Source: Takakia lepidozioides
Taxonomy: Eukaryota > Plantae > Bryophyta
Direction: 5' to 3'
DNA: 64,000 nucleotides
Assembly (NCBI GenBank): GCA_030704615.1
Contig: CM060733.1
Span: forward strand, 64,728,001-64,792,000
The translations under genes were made by a program, and so were the position numbers. The stretch's first letter is position 1, and every line of letters begins with the position of its first letter. This document shows positions 37,215 through 50,057 of this stretch, piece by piece. Under the pieces are notes generated by a model that worked only from the letters and a program-made list of their open reading frames with translations, did no database searches and had not been told where the DNA came from.

Positions 37215-40200
37215 ATGCCGCCTGAAGGGCGTGGCTCTCCTGAGAGAGACCTCACATCCAGACCGCGGCGGAAGTTGAAAGCTTTGTACTACGGACGACA
37301 GCCAATCTCTCGCATGGCCAAACTTAAGCTCCAGCAGGAGATTCCAGTGTCTTGCTCACAACCCGCACCAACTGAAGCCGAGTACTCTCAGGCAAGCCAC
37401 TTCTGCTTTCGCTTTTGCTTTCACTTTGTTGTTTCGCTTTGTTTTTGCATCTTCATCCTGGCATCGCTGGAAGCATGTCATTTCTAGGCATTGGTTGGAT
37501 TCGTTTTCATTGTTGTTCCACGATTGTTGCTATGGTGGTTGCGCTGCTCGTTGCGATGCTGGTTTTGGCACCGATGTTGGTTCTGACGATTTTGGGAATG
37601 ACAGAGTGACGACGAGTCCGGCACGCTGGTGGTATCATCGACCGCTCCAACTCATCGCATTTTTGAATCGCCCAACTTGGGGCAAGAGGGCAAACTTCAA
37701 CCTTTTGTTGGTGGACGGGAGGACCTGCAGCGAGGGTACGACAGAATAGGCATTGGGGAGGTTGGTGCAGGCGGCATGGCAGGTGAAGGGCGTGAGGACG
37801 TGAGGACAGCAGATCTGGCAATGGAGGTTGTTGATGCACATGCAGTAGGGCCCGCCCACGCAAAGAAGAAGAAGAAAGCTAAGCACATGCAATCCCCGGC
37901 GAGAGAGCCGTCACGGGCTGCGGAGGGGGGAGTGAGCAGTGCGCGCGAGGGTGTTCCTTCTCCTCAATCAAAGGTGGTCGTCCTGGAGGGCTCCCCTGCT
38001 GCTAGCCCTAGTAAGAAACAGAAAGCCCGTGAGAGGGCAAAAGAACAGGCGAGACAGAAGGCTAGCCAGTAGGAAAGAGAAAAGGCCACTGAAGAGGCCA
38101 GGGGTGCCCAAATGACAGATGCCAATGTAAGCGAGGGACGCACAGAGACGGTGGATCCCTCCAAGACACCACAAAGAGGCAGTAACACACCGGTTACACC
38201 ATCGCGGACAAGAGCAGCCCCCGCAATTACCCATACGGTGGAGAGTGGAGGAGAGGAAAGAACACCACAAAGAGCACGGATTGTGCAAGTTCGAGGTGAA
38301 GCCGGGGAGATGGCAGTAGAGACAGGGAGAGTGCTCGAGGTGGTTTCGTCGGTGGTTCACCATGTTGAGGAGGACGACACCGAGCTTTCTGACCAGGATG
38401 ACATCCTCCCGGACATCCCCAGGCCCCAAACCCGCAGCATACAGGCTGGATTTGGCGGTCCTGGTGGGCTGCCGGAGAACCCCTCTGCAGCAGACGTCAT
38501 GTCCAAGGCGGATATGAAGTTGGCGGCTGCCAAGATGTTGGAGGCAACCCACAGCAACATTGGCAGGGTGCTGGGGGGCATGGTGTACCCGGCCAAGCTT
38601 CGAATTCCCCTTTGCCACTTGGTGTCTTTGCAAGTGGTGAGACCTGCCCTCCCAGGCGATATCAACAAGCTGAAATTTTCTTTCCGGGATGGATATCGAA
38701 TGGGGTCTGCCGCGTTTTACGTTTCCATTGAGAACGACCACGGAGCTTCCCGTGCCCATACTTCCGATGAGGTGGACAAATGGGGTCCCCATTGGCAAAG
38801 GCGAAATGAGGAGTTCGAGAGATCGATTGTTACTGATCCTCTTTTCCAGCACTTGTCCGGAAAGATGTTTTACGTGTGGGACGGCAATCATCGCCTCCTG
38901 GCATGGATGGAGCACATAGCCGAAGCCCACCCCAACGACCTCGATTGGCATTTCGCCGTGGAGTGTGTTGTGCTGAAGGTTGCAGGGCCCAAAGATCGCA
39001 CTCTTTTCAAAGCTGCAATGGCGGACATCAACTCGTAAGTTACAACGTCTCTTGCTTTTGGACCCATCCGATTGTAAGTCATTTCATTGCGACTCCTCAT
39101 ATTTGTTGTAAGTTCCCATTTCAGAATTGTTTGATGGAAATGTGGCATTGCAGGGTGAAGAATGCCTTCATTGCCACCAACTTGTCCCATATGCTCTTCC
39201 GAGTGAAGGATGTCGGGAAGCAGGGGGTGCAAGAGTTTGCCAATTCGCTCAGTGCCGACCTCCTGCGCAAGTCGGAGGCAAAGGCAGACAGAACCTAGTA
39301 TAGGCTGAGCATGGACGCCATGGTGGACTACATATTTCGGGTAAAGCTCCTGACTGTTTTGTTGAGCTAATCTGTCTCTCCTCCCCCAATAGAAGAAAAA
39401 GTGTTGAGCAGGATCTCTAATCTTATGTGCGCATTCTTGACAGAGGAAAATTCAGCAGGATTTGGCACATGCGCGGAGGTTTTACATGGAGTCAGAGGAG
39501 AAGAATCTAACCCTCCCGGCACTCGAATCGTATCTCAAAGCTGCGGAGGTGAGGGCCCGCATAAAGTACAAGTCGCGGATGGTAAAGTACGTGGCCATAG
39601 CTGATCCCGCCCTTGGTGCCGACTTCTGTTCCTTTAGACTCCATCACTCCTGTACCTACATGGCCTTCTCTCCTCGACGTTGGTTGAGATTCTGTTATTA
39701 CAGGTCGTCTCTTCTCCTGCACCAATTTGGTGACATTTTCTCTGTCTCCTGCCAAGAAATAAAAGCTACTCCCACGCTCTGAAGCCCACGATGACATTGG
39801 AGAAGCTCCATTGTCTAGCCACATCCTGTGTGGATGGTGCAGAAAAGGTGATACATTCTTAACCAAATTGTGGTGGCAACAACTCGTTTTGCGGTGTTTG
39901 GCGCTTACGAATATGCTGGGTGGTTGGACAGACCCCGTGGCTCCAAATCTGGAATGGTTCCCAAAGTACAAGGGACATGTGGAGCTTCCCCAAACCGGAC
40001 AAACTGTCTGACCCCACATTCGACATGTGGATGAACCGCATGACATGGTGGTTTCAGGTACTTCCCCACGCTTCGTTTGGCGCTTCTACTCTTGTAGGGG
40101 GTGGATTCATTGTATTTTTTCAGCAATGCGATCTGATGGAGAATCTCCATAGGTGACGACGAATGCGCAAGAGCAGCTGGACACACAAGCACATCAGTTC

Positions 40201-43200
40201 AAGATGGAGATTTCTCCTGCAGCAGAGAGCCTACGCGACTATGTGATGAGGTACTTTCTGCTCTACAAGACCGACCTATTCTTTCGGGAGATACCACATG
40301 CCCGCCGGAGCCACGAGTTCACCGACCAGCCGAACGTGGACAAAGCAGCAATGCGCCTTTTGTACAGGTACATACGCGATGCCTTCCTTTCAGTCCTTGC
40401 ATTTTTCGCCGAATTTCCAGATCAGGGCTCCGAAAATGGCTAAGTCCCTAGGGTGGCTGGCCCTGAACTGGAAATTCGGCGCCATTTTTCCAGGTCAAGG
40501 CCATATGGGACTTAGCCACTTTCGGGCCGAACCTGGGAAAATGGCGCCGAATTTCCAGTCAGGGCTCCAAAAATGGCTAAGTCCCTAGGGTGGCTGGCCC
40601 TGAACTGCAAATTTGGCGTCATTTTTCCAGGTCAAGGCCATATGGGACTTAGCCACTTTCGGGCCGGACCTGGGAAAATGGCGCCGAATTTCCAGTTAGG
40701 GCTCCGAAAATGGCCAAGTCCCTAGGGTGGCTGGCCCTGAATTGGAAATTCGGCGCCATTTTTCCAGTTCTGGGCCCTATTGCCGTTCTGGGACTTAGCC
40801 ATTTTCGGGCCGGACCTAGGAAAATGGCGCCGAATTTCCAGTCAGGGCTCCGAAAATGGCTAAGTCCCTAGGGTGGCTGGCCCCGAACTGGAAATTCGGC
40901 GCCATTTTTCCAGTTCTGGGCCCTATTGCCCTTGTGGGACTTAGCCATTTTCGGGCCGGACTTGGGAAAATGGCGCCGAATTTCCAGTCAGGGCTCCGAA
41001 AATGGCTAAGTCCCTAGGGTGGCTGGCCCTGAACTGGAAATTTGGCGCCATTTTTCCAGTTCTAGGCCCTATTGCCGTTCTGGGACTTAGCCATCTTCGG
41101 GCCAAACCGGGAAAAATGGCGCCGAATTTCCAGTTCAGGGCTCCCAAGATGGCTAAGTCCCTAGGGTGGCAGTCACCGAAAACCGATATTCGGCGCCATT
41201 TTTCCATTTCTAGGCCCACTCAGATCCACCCCAACCTGGGAAAATGGTGCCGAATTTGCAGTTCAGGGACCTCATTGTGTTTTTCATGAATGCAGGTACT
41301 GCAAGTTCTCCCTTTTGGAGAAAGGTCATCTGTCTTTCGAGCCACCATTCTTCCTGGCATGGAGGAACCCTGGGGCTGACTCCATGTACACTGACGATAT
41401 TGTGAAGGAGTGGCATCTGGAACATTTGCGTGATTGCCCTTAGTATGTGGACCTTCCGCCCGACATGCTCGACCCATCCGAGTTTCAATTGAAGCTGGAT
41501 GCTGAGGCCCGACGAAACCGGGCTCTGCTACCTCCGCTGGGTGCAAAAGAGGCAAAAGCGCTTGCAAACTCCAGGAAAGCGGCAGAGCTTGCTTAGGCAG
41601 GAATTCAGGAGAAATTGAATGAGAAGAGTAAAGGCCAAAGGAAAAAGACAAGGAAACAGGTGAGTGCAGTAACACCCAAAAAACAGAAAACCATCGGGGC
41701 ATCGGAGTAGGCGCAGGAGGGGACCCAAGAGAGTGACTCGGACGACGACTTTGTTCAAGGTCCTGCGACTGCTGTTGCTGCTACCCAGTCACCGGTCGTC
41801 CGGGTTCCCAAGTCAGTTCGGAGTGGGACTGGCTCTTCCAAGAAGTTGGCATTTGAGGGCGAGCCTACACGGCAGTATTCGGCGGTGACGTTTACGCACA
41901 GGCCAAAGCTAGAACCTCCAACCATCATCCAATGCGTCAATGAGAGCTTCCTTGACGTTCTCGCTGCCAGGGCGAAGAATGTGGCACACAGCAAGTCTCT
42001 GGCGGAGCAGAAGGGGAAAGCCAAGAAGAGGGCTGCCGGTACAGAGCCTAAAGACACCCCTGGTTTTGAAGCCATGATGGAATTCTTCACGGCTGTGAGC
42101 ACGGATTGCAAGAGCACTCGGGGGGGGGGTTTGAGGTGGAGAGAGCTTGTGACATGATTCTCCTCGACATTCCAGATGGGGAGCTGTTGGAGGGCCTGGA
42201 TGGTGTGCCCACCTGGAACAGGTTTACTGAGGACTACTGGAAAGCCGGGTTTGGGCTGGCGGGGATGCTTCTGGATGACGGTGGATGTGTGGTTGTCCTT
42301 GCCACAAGAGGGAAGACCACAGAGAATGCGGTGGCAAGGTGGACACCGAAAAGTGTCACCCCGGTCGTCCTCTGAAAATGGTTCTGCATCAATACACAGG
42401 GGTTGCAAACAGAGGGCCAAAGTGTAAGTTATCAATCTATTGCATTCACCTCATATTGTGGTGTATCTAAACAAGATCCCGGAGTTGATCCCTATTTTGT
42501 TGGATGTGCAGACATTGGTGTTTGAGGCATATTGCTTTGTGAAGAGAGGGTCTACGTTCAAATTCCGCAACGACGGTTGTCTTGTTGATGCCGCTGTGGA
42601 CCCTGTTACCTACGATGTCCTCTACAACTATGTGCCCCACTCCAGTATGCCGAAGGACACAAAGACAGGCAAACCGTGGCGGTACAGCCGGACCCGGAGC
42701 CCTGCTTTCATCCAAACCCTCATGGAGACGTGCTCGGATGTCCAAGGGCGGATTCTGGACCTCACATGCGGCACGGGTAAGCCTTCACGTGCTCAGTTTG
42801 TCCCCTGGCCCGATTGCAATTGCATGCCGCAAGCTATTAACCGCCCGCTTTGTTCCTCAGGTGCTTCAATGTGGGCAGGGACGTTGTCCAACAGGCTTGT
42901 GTTGGCCTTCGAGCCAGATACTGCCCTCCACAACTCGGAACTTGCAGCGGCTGAACGTCTGCCGAAAGAGGAAGAGGCATCCTCGGAGGATGAGGAAAAA
43001 TCCGAGAAGGAGCAGGGGGAGGAACAAGTTGGGATCGAGGCCGAGGAGCCCCCGGTGTATGAGTGAGTGGTCGCATTGTAAGTTGCCTCCAGATTTCGTG
43101 AGGCACCTCCCTTTGCTCTCTTATTACCCTTTCTGCTTCTGCTGGTATTGACATTCTTGAAGTGGATTTGTTCTTACTGTAGGATGCCAAGTACGGTAGG

Positions 43201-43642
43201 AGGGACGTCTACACCGGAGTTCATGGGCAGGAGGAACGTGCCTTTTTTTGCCAGGGGGGATTTCATGCCTAGTCCAGAAAGGGACTACATCCTTCTTATT
43301 TATGCTGCCCGGCTTGCTTCGGTGTCCATTAGGAGGTGTTCCGAACCTAGTCGTGTACAACAGATTTTAGACGAGGCAAGCCTCAAGAAAATGAAGATGA
43401 GGGAGGAGGCAACAGCTATTAGAGCCCGTCGGGCTCGTAGATTTGTGTTGGATTCTGCTGAGGAGAGTGGGGGAGAAGAGGCAGAAGATTCCCAAGAGGT
43501 GAGGTGGACAGTCCCCCAAGGAGATGACGGCATTTTTGAGAGGCATACTGCAACCGATGCATCACAGAGCTCGGAGGATGGGGGGGATGAGGGGGATGAG
43601 GAAGAAGGAGGGCCAAGTTCCTCGGAAGGTGTAGGAGAGTAG
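37215..43642 (+). pseudogene. Multi-exon gene: ParB/Srx-like domain plus beta-class N4C/N6A DNA methyltransferase-like domain, acidic tail (this copy disrupted)
   Basis: RIPLCHLV...VRP...DINKLKFSF...FYVWDGNHRLLAW (DGNHR 38880-38894); DMILLDIPDG (DIPDG 42166-42180); after removing intron 42777-42860, RSPAFIQTLMETCSDVQGRILDLTCGTGASMWAGTLSNRLVLAFEPD; stops at 38070 and 39296; frameshift in the poly-G at ~42120; start codon uncertain. Confidence 0.75.
40405..41265. repeat. Intronic tandem array (~120-140-bp units) of GGAAATTCGGCGCCATTTTTCC / GGAAAATGGCGCCGAATTTCC
   Basis: About six to seven units, each carrying two oppositely oriented copies of the GGCGCC-centred quasi-palindrome. Confidence 0.9.
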
Positions 43643-43852
43643 TTCCCATTCCTGCTATGACAGTTAGGACACACTTGTATAGACGTGGCTTGCCACCAAA
43701 TTTGCAATAAAATGTTGCATTTCATTGCTATGACGAGTCCACATGACCCTATTTCCGTGCCTCCTAACCCTATTTCCGTGGACACAATTCGGCCCGCTCA
43801 TACTTTTTTTTTTTCCGCTCATGCTCATGCCGCTCATGAAATAGCAGCCCCC

Positions 43853-46800
43853 CACAAATAGTTTTAGCTGATGTACCGGGTAGGTACTTTGACGGCCCGA
43901 TTTGTCCTCTTGCATGATGAGACCCACTCTTGCAATTTATGCAGTGCGGTGTGCTTCGCCTTAGTGGCCATGTGTCCATTTTTAGACATGCCCCCGACTT
44001 CCCCTCTCCGCGTGGCATATTCTCCGAATTTGACTTCCAAACTTCTTCTTCACTTTACGGCCACTTTTTTACGTTAACCCGCTTCCACCTGTCACTGACC
44101 CAATGGAATGTGTAACCCGCATGGGCTGTGTTGGGCTGTGACAGGCTGTGTCTAATTGTGGTGAACTGTGATAGGATGTGTGACACTGTGATGGGCTGTG
44201 ATAAGCTGTGTCACGCTGTGATGGGCTGTGATGGGCTGTGTGGCACTGTGATGGGCTGTGATAGGCCGTGTCACGCTGTGATGGACTGTGATAGGCTGTG
44301 TCATGTTGTGTTGGGCTGTGATAGGCTGTGTGGCACTGTGATGGGCTGTGATAGCTATGCGAACACTTGTACTTCCCACCCTGGTCATACACGCTCGGCT
44401 TAGCGACAAGTGCTCCATACTCCGTTGGTATCACTGGCGCAGCCCGTGACTGTTTTTGTGTTTCAACATGTAAATCGTGCTGCAATGGTTTGTCATGGAT
44501 ACCACTGTATCCCTTCAACTTATTGGCATTGACTCTCCCCATCATTTCTTTGTTAATGGTTTGTAACATGGCGGTGTTATTATCATACATCTTCTGTATG
44601 ACATAAGGTCATTTCCATGGTGATTTAAGCTTAGAAGCTTTAATCTTCCCCTTCTTCTACAACCACAGTACCAAATCTCCCGTCTTAAAAGTCTTTAATT
44701 TATCTTCATCAAACTGATCCTTCCTCTTCATCTGAATTCTAGTCATGTTATCAGCTGCATCAGCACGTACTTCTTCCACATGGTATAATTCATGTTTCTT
44801 GACCTTAATTGAATCTTCCAATTCCATTCTCCTTCCCCATTCAGTTCTCATGGTAGGTAACAAGAATTCCACTGGAAGTAAAGCTTCCATACCATAAACT
44901 AATTGGAATGGTGTATACTTAGTGGTGATTTTATATGAAGTCTTGTATGACCACAAAGCTGTCAGCAGCTTTGTATCCCAATCTGTTCTGTTTGCATTGA
45001 CTATCTTAGCCAAGATAGTACATAATATTTTGTTGGTAGCCTCTGCCTGCCCATTACCCTGTGGGTAATAAGTTGTACTCTTCCTATGCACAATCATGAA
45101 CTCTTTAGTCAATAGTTCAATGGTCTCACTAATGAAGTGACTTCCCTGGTCACTGATAAATTCCAGGGGACAGCCAAATCGTGTAAGTATGTTCTCATAT
45201 AGGAACCTTGCTGTAGACTTAGCTGTGTTGTCCCTCAGAGCTTTAGCTTCCACCCACTTTGTAGTATAATCAGTGGCTGTGATTATATACTTGTTCTGTG
45301 TATTCTTGGCTGGTGGCTTAATTGGTCCAACAAAGTCTAGTCCCCATTTCTGAAATGGTTCAGTAGGCATCGTAGGATGCAAAGCCATCTTCCCAGATCT
45401 CTGCAATGGTCCTAACCTCTGACACTCATCACAACTCTTACAATACTTGTGTACATCCTTGAACAAAGTAGGCCACCAGTAACTTGCAAGTAGTATCTTT
45501 CTACTGGTAGTCTCTTCTCCAAAATGACCTCCAGCCACTCCTTTATGACTTTCTCCAAAACTTTATTTGCTTCATGGTGGTACAAGCATCGTTTAAGTAC
45601 TCCATCAGGTCCTAGCTCATACATTCTGCCCCCTACCATAGTATAAGGTAAAGCCTTGATAACGATTCTCTTCCTCTGCTCCTTTCCATAACTAGGTGGG
45701 CACTGACCATGAGTAAGGTAGTATTTGATTGGCCACTGCCAATCTAACCAGTCATCTGCACTTCCCTGCACCTCCACTGCAAATAAACTCGCATCAGGTA
45801 ATTGGTCGTCTACTCCTGTGGCGGGCTCTCCTGTTGATAGGCACAAATGATCTGCCACAAGATGCAAACGGCCAGGCTTGTAAACAACTTCGAACTCAAA
45901 CTCGTGCAAGATTATTAACCACCTTGCTATCCTTCCACTTATCAAAGGTTTGTTCACCAGATATATCAGAGCCTGGTGATCCACATAAAACATAAACTTC
46001 CTTCCCAATAGGTAATGCCTGAATTTCTTGACTGCATAAATCATTGCCAGTGCTTCTCTTTCAGTTGTGCTATAGTTCCTTTCAGCACTGTTCATCAACC
46101 TACTAGCATAGTACACAGATGAATCTATATTTCCTGTAACATTTTGGGCTAACACAGCTCCCAACGCTTCTCCTGAGGCATCACAGTGAACATGAAATAC
46201 TACATGCCAGTGAGGGTTAATCAGCACAGGTGTAGTTGTTACTGACAATGTAAGTTCCTCAAAAGCCTGTTGACATTCAGCTGTCCATGCAAACACTGCA
46301 TCTTTCTTTAGAAGCTTGCTCAATGGTGCTGCTATCTGTGCATACCGTCTGACAAATCTTATGTAATAACTGGTTTGTCCAAGTAATCTCCTTAGACTCT
46401 AAACATTTACTGGTGGTGGAGAGGCTTTAATGGCCTCTGTCTTTCTGGGATCCACAAGAAATCCCCTCTTACACACAATGTGTCCCAAAAGCATCCCTGA
46501 GTTCACACAGAAAGTACACTTCTCTGGATTCAGGCCCAGACCTCTCATCCTGCATCTGGCCAAACATAACTCCAATTTATGCAAGTGCTCATTCTTAGAG
46601 TTGTACACACTGAAATCATCCAAGAACATCTGTATGAAATCATCCAGATACTCATAAAAAGATTCACTTATCACTCTTTGAAAGGTTGCTGGTGCATTAC
46701 AAAGTCCAAAAGGCATGACTTTGTATGCATAAGCACCCCAGTCTGTGATGAAAGCTGTCTTTCCCTGGTCTTCTTCTGCCACTTGCACTTGATTATAACC

Positions 46801-49800
46801 ACTGAAGCCATCCATGAATGAGTACATCTCATGGCCTGCCACAGTGTCCAATACTGCTTCTGTGAATGGCAAAGGGAAATGATCTTTCTTCGTACAAGCA
46901 TTCATCTTCTTATAGTTCACACAAACTCTCAGTTTACCATTCTTCTTGGGAACTATCACAATGGGTGACAACCAAGTTGTATACTCTATCGGGTATATAA
47001 ACTTAGCCTCAGCCAACTTCTTGATCTCTTCTCCAACCTTCTGTGCATAGTTGGGATTCATTCTGTACCTTGCCTGTTTGATTGGTACTGACCCTGGTTC
47101 CAGTTCAATCTTATGCTGACAGATCTCAGGTGGTATCCCTTTCAGATCCTCATAGCTCCAAGCAAATACATCTCTGTATTTGATGAACAGACTCTTAGCT
47201 TCCTCAAAGAATTCTGGCTCCAAATCAGCCCCTACCTTCACCATCCTCGGTTCCCCTTCAATTCCCACATTCACTTCTCTCACCTGTTCATCAGCTGTGA
47301 TCGTCCAACCAGTCACCACTTCATCCTGTAAACTCACAGTGGCTGGTTCTTCTAGGATTTCCATTTCTCCCTCTTTTTCTTCATAGAAGTGTGGTGGGTA
47401 ACTGCTTGTTTCACTCTCAATTGGTGTTGCTGTCACTACACCACAGTAGATACCTTTTAAACAACTTAGGCCTTCCAGTTGCATCTCTGCAACTTGCTCC
47501 CACTCTGGGTGTCCAGCGAATAAGGTAGCTTCCTGCTCCTCATCAAGTCCTCCCCTTCAGTCATACTCCCTGACCCCTCGAGGTCTTCTCGTAGCAGGTA
47601 ATCTACTAGATTTCTTAGTGGTGATTTGTATCTTGTGCATCCCATCATTCATAGTTAGTAACTGGGAATTCCAGTCATGGAATACCCTGGCCTGCTTCAG
47701 CCACGGTCGACCCAGCAATAAGGAGTAAGCTTCCATGACTTCATCCATTTTCAACACAGTTACTGTGATCTTAAAGATCATCTTTTGAATTTGTATCTTA
47801 ACTCCTCTTATCAATCCCAATGGCTGTACACTTCTTTGATCTGCCATTGTTACTGTAAATGGGGCTGGTTTCATGTTACTTAGACCAAGCTTCTGCCTTA
47901 ATTGGTCTGTCATGATATTCACTCCAGAGCCTCCATCTATCAGTACATCAGTATGTTCTGTGCTTCCAATTCTCAATTGGATTACTGGCATAGAATCATC
48001 AAAGTCCATGACTGTTTCTCGCCCTTCCGGCTTCACATTATAACTAGTCACCTTGCTGTTCAGGTTTGTGTTCCCTGTCACATGGGCAATTCGATTGATT
48101 GCTTGATACAGCCTATGTCTACAATAAGGTGCCACAGCCAATAGTTGTCCAATGGTAATCTCCGCTTTGGACTGGCATATTACTTCAACCAAAGTCCCTT
48201 CATTACTTTGCATTTCTGCAACTTCTTTCTTCCCTTCATCCTCACTCACTTCCTCTTCTCTTTCAGAATCAGAGGAATCTGCCATAGGAATATCAGTACT
48301 CTTCTGCATTTCCCTTATGGTATCTGCCACTTCCTTGTGCAGTTCCTTCTCATCTCTCCAAGCCTCATCATCTTTAGGCACATCACTGCCATCTTCATTA
48401 TCATCACCTTCCTCATCTACTGGAGGTATTATTTTGGCTTTGCTTCTGGTTACTATCATTGTACTTACTTCTGGTACTACTCATGGCCTAACCATGTGAG
48501 CTGCCACCACTGACCCCTCATTCACAGGAGCTCTCATCTCATTTTGGTGTCTGATCCAGAATGGACAAGCTGCCTTGCGATGTCCTGCCTGATTACAATA
48601 GTAACACAGTTCTTCCCCATTAGGTCCTCGCCCTTGGTCTGTTCTGGGATTGTTTCTGTAATCCTGATTCCCTGGCTGGTAATTCCCCCTTGGATTACGC
48701 TGATAGTTGCCTCTGGAATTTCCTTGGTAATTCCCTCTTGGATTACCTCTCCCTTCCATGCCATTGTTATAACCACCAGGCCTACCATAGTGGTCATGAT
48801 CACTGTTTCTTCTTGGCTGGGGCTGCACTTGATGCACCCTTACTTGCCTAGGTTCTCTTGTTGCTGTCCTTCTGTTGTAGTAACAATTCTCAGTAGAATG
48901 GTTATCCATTTTACAGATAGTACAATGTTTCTCCTTCATGTGGCATTCAGTGGTGGTATGGCCTTCATTCTGGCATTTTGCACACCAAACACCCTTCCTC
49001 CAATGTGTTGCAGCCTCTGTGGCATACTTCTTCAAGATTTCTTCTAATCTTTTCTCATAGTTATCCCTCTTCAACTTTTCCTTCCTCTTATTCTTCCTTT
49101 TAAGCTCTTGCTCTTCTTCCTCATCTAACTCATCCTCAGAGTCTTCATCATCCCTTTTCTCTCTCCTGAGCATTCCCAATTGCTCAATTATGTTCGCTAT
49201 TTCAAATGCCCCCAGTACGGTCGCCAAATATCGAGCGGCTTTTACTCACCCATCCCTTCACTATCCGAGGTGGAAGCTCCAAGATAGAAGAGTTGGATAT
49301 CTCTAAGCACTCAGCCCACTCAGAACAATTAGTCATGACCTGCAGCTAGTGAATCATGGTTGTGCTTCCTATTTGTATTTCTTATTGCCTTCATGTTATC
49401 AATTTACCTTACCGTGTATACTGAAGCATCAGATTGCTTCAGTATCTACTAAGTTCCAGTTAATCATGCATTCATTCCACAGCTTCTCTTGTGTCTCTCT
49501 ACAAAAGTATGTTTGTATCGATTCAGTATCGGATTAAGATTAATCATGTATCATGCCTATGCCATGGTGTCTCTATTCTATCCTACTGTATAATTCTACA
49601 GCTTGCATGAACTAAGCCTCATTCAAGTCATCATCTCCTCTTCACTGTTTCCCGCTCTCCGTTACGTCTCTTCCTCCCTTCAACAAGTCGCCCTCCTCCA
49701 GAAGTGATCCCCTTCCTGTTGCCGCTCTCCTAATCTACCCGCAAGCTGTTCTAACCACCTAACTAACTAACCGTCATCCCTGAAGTAACACGTTCCCTCT

Positions 49801-50057
49801 GCAGATGTCGTTCCCTGTCAATGATAACTGTTCCCCATGTACTGTGAAAGGTTGTGTCAAGCTGTGCCGAGCTGTGACTGGCTATGTAAAGTTGTGTCGG
49901 GCTGTGACTGGCTGTGCGAAGCTATGTCGGGCTGTGTAACCCCCCTAAAGCCTGCTCTTGCCACCCCTAAGGTTCCTGTTGGTCTCAGTCTGCGCAAAAA
50001 TTAAGGGTACCCCACAGAACCCATAAAAGCGTCTAAGTCCCAAACAGCCCTCTAACA
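43853..50057 (-). mobile_element. Ty3/Gypsy LTR retrotransposon (7433 family): 5' LTR, deleted gag, PR, RT, RNase H, integrase
   Basis: LTR starts at 50057; gag 48481-49227; PR 47557-48459; RT FMDGFSGYNQV...MPFGLCNAPATFQ...FLDD (46399-47484); RNase H HCDASGEALGAVL; integrase KWGLDFVGP...FISDQGSHF...GQAEATNK; continues at 57659-58427 after re-inversion. Confidence 0.93.

Larger units (their letters stand above)
34173..43852. mobile_element. Cargo arm of the MULE transposon (unknown ORF, palindrome arrays, ParB-methyltransferase gene, terminal repeat)
   Basis: Ends ...GCTCATGAAATAGCAGCCCCC at 43852, followed by TSD CACAAATAG (43853-43861). Confidence 0.8.

Noticed and set aside
35414-37225. 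Many overlapping ORFs (MEIRRRISI..., GWKFGAEFPS...), also at 40941-41289
   Set aside because: Translation artefacts of stop-poor palindromic arrays.
44069-44590. 173-aa ORF with HSPSQ repeats
   Set aside because: Largely translation of the CACAGCC minisatellite in the Gypsy 3' region.
48459-48483. In-frame TGA between gag and pol suggesting programmed readthrough
   Set aside because: The sister copy has TGT at the same position (~10956), so a point mutation is the simpler explanation.
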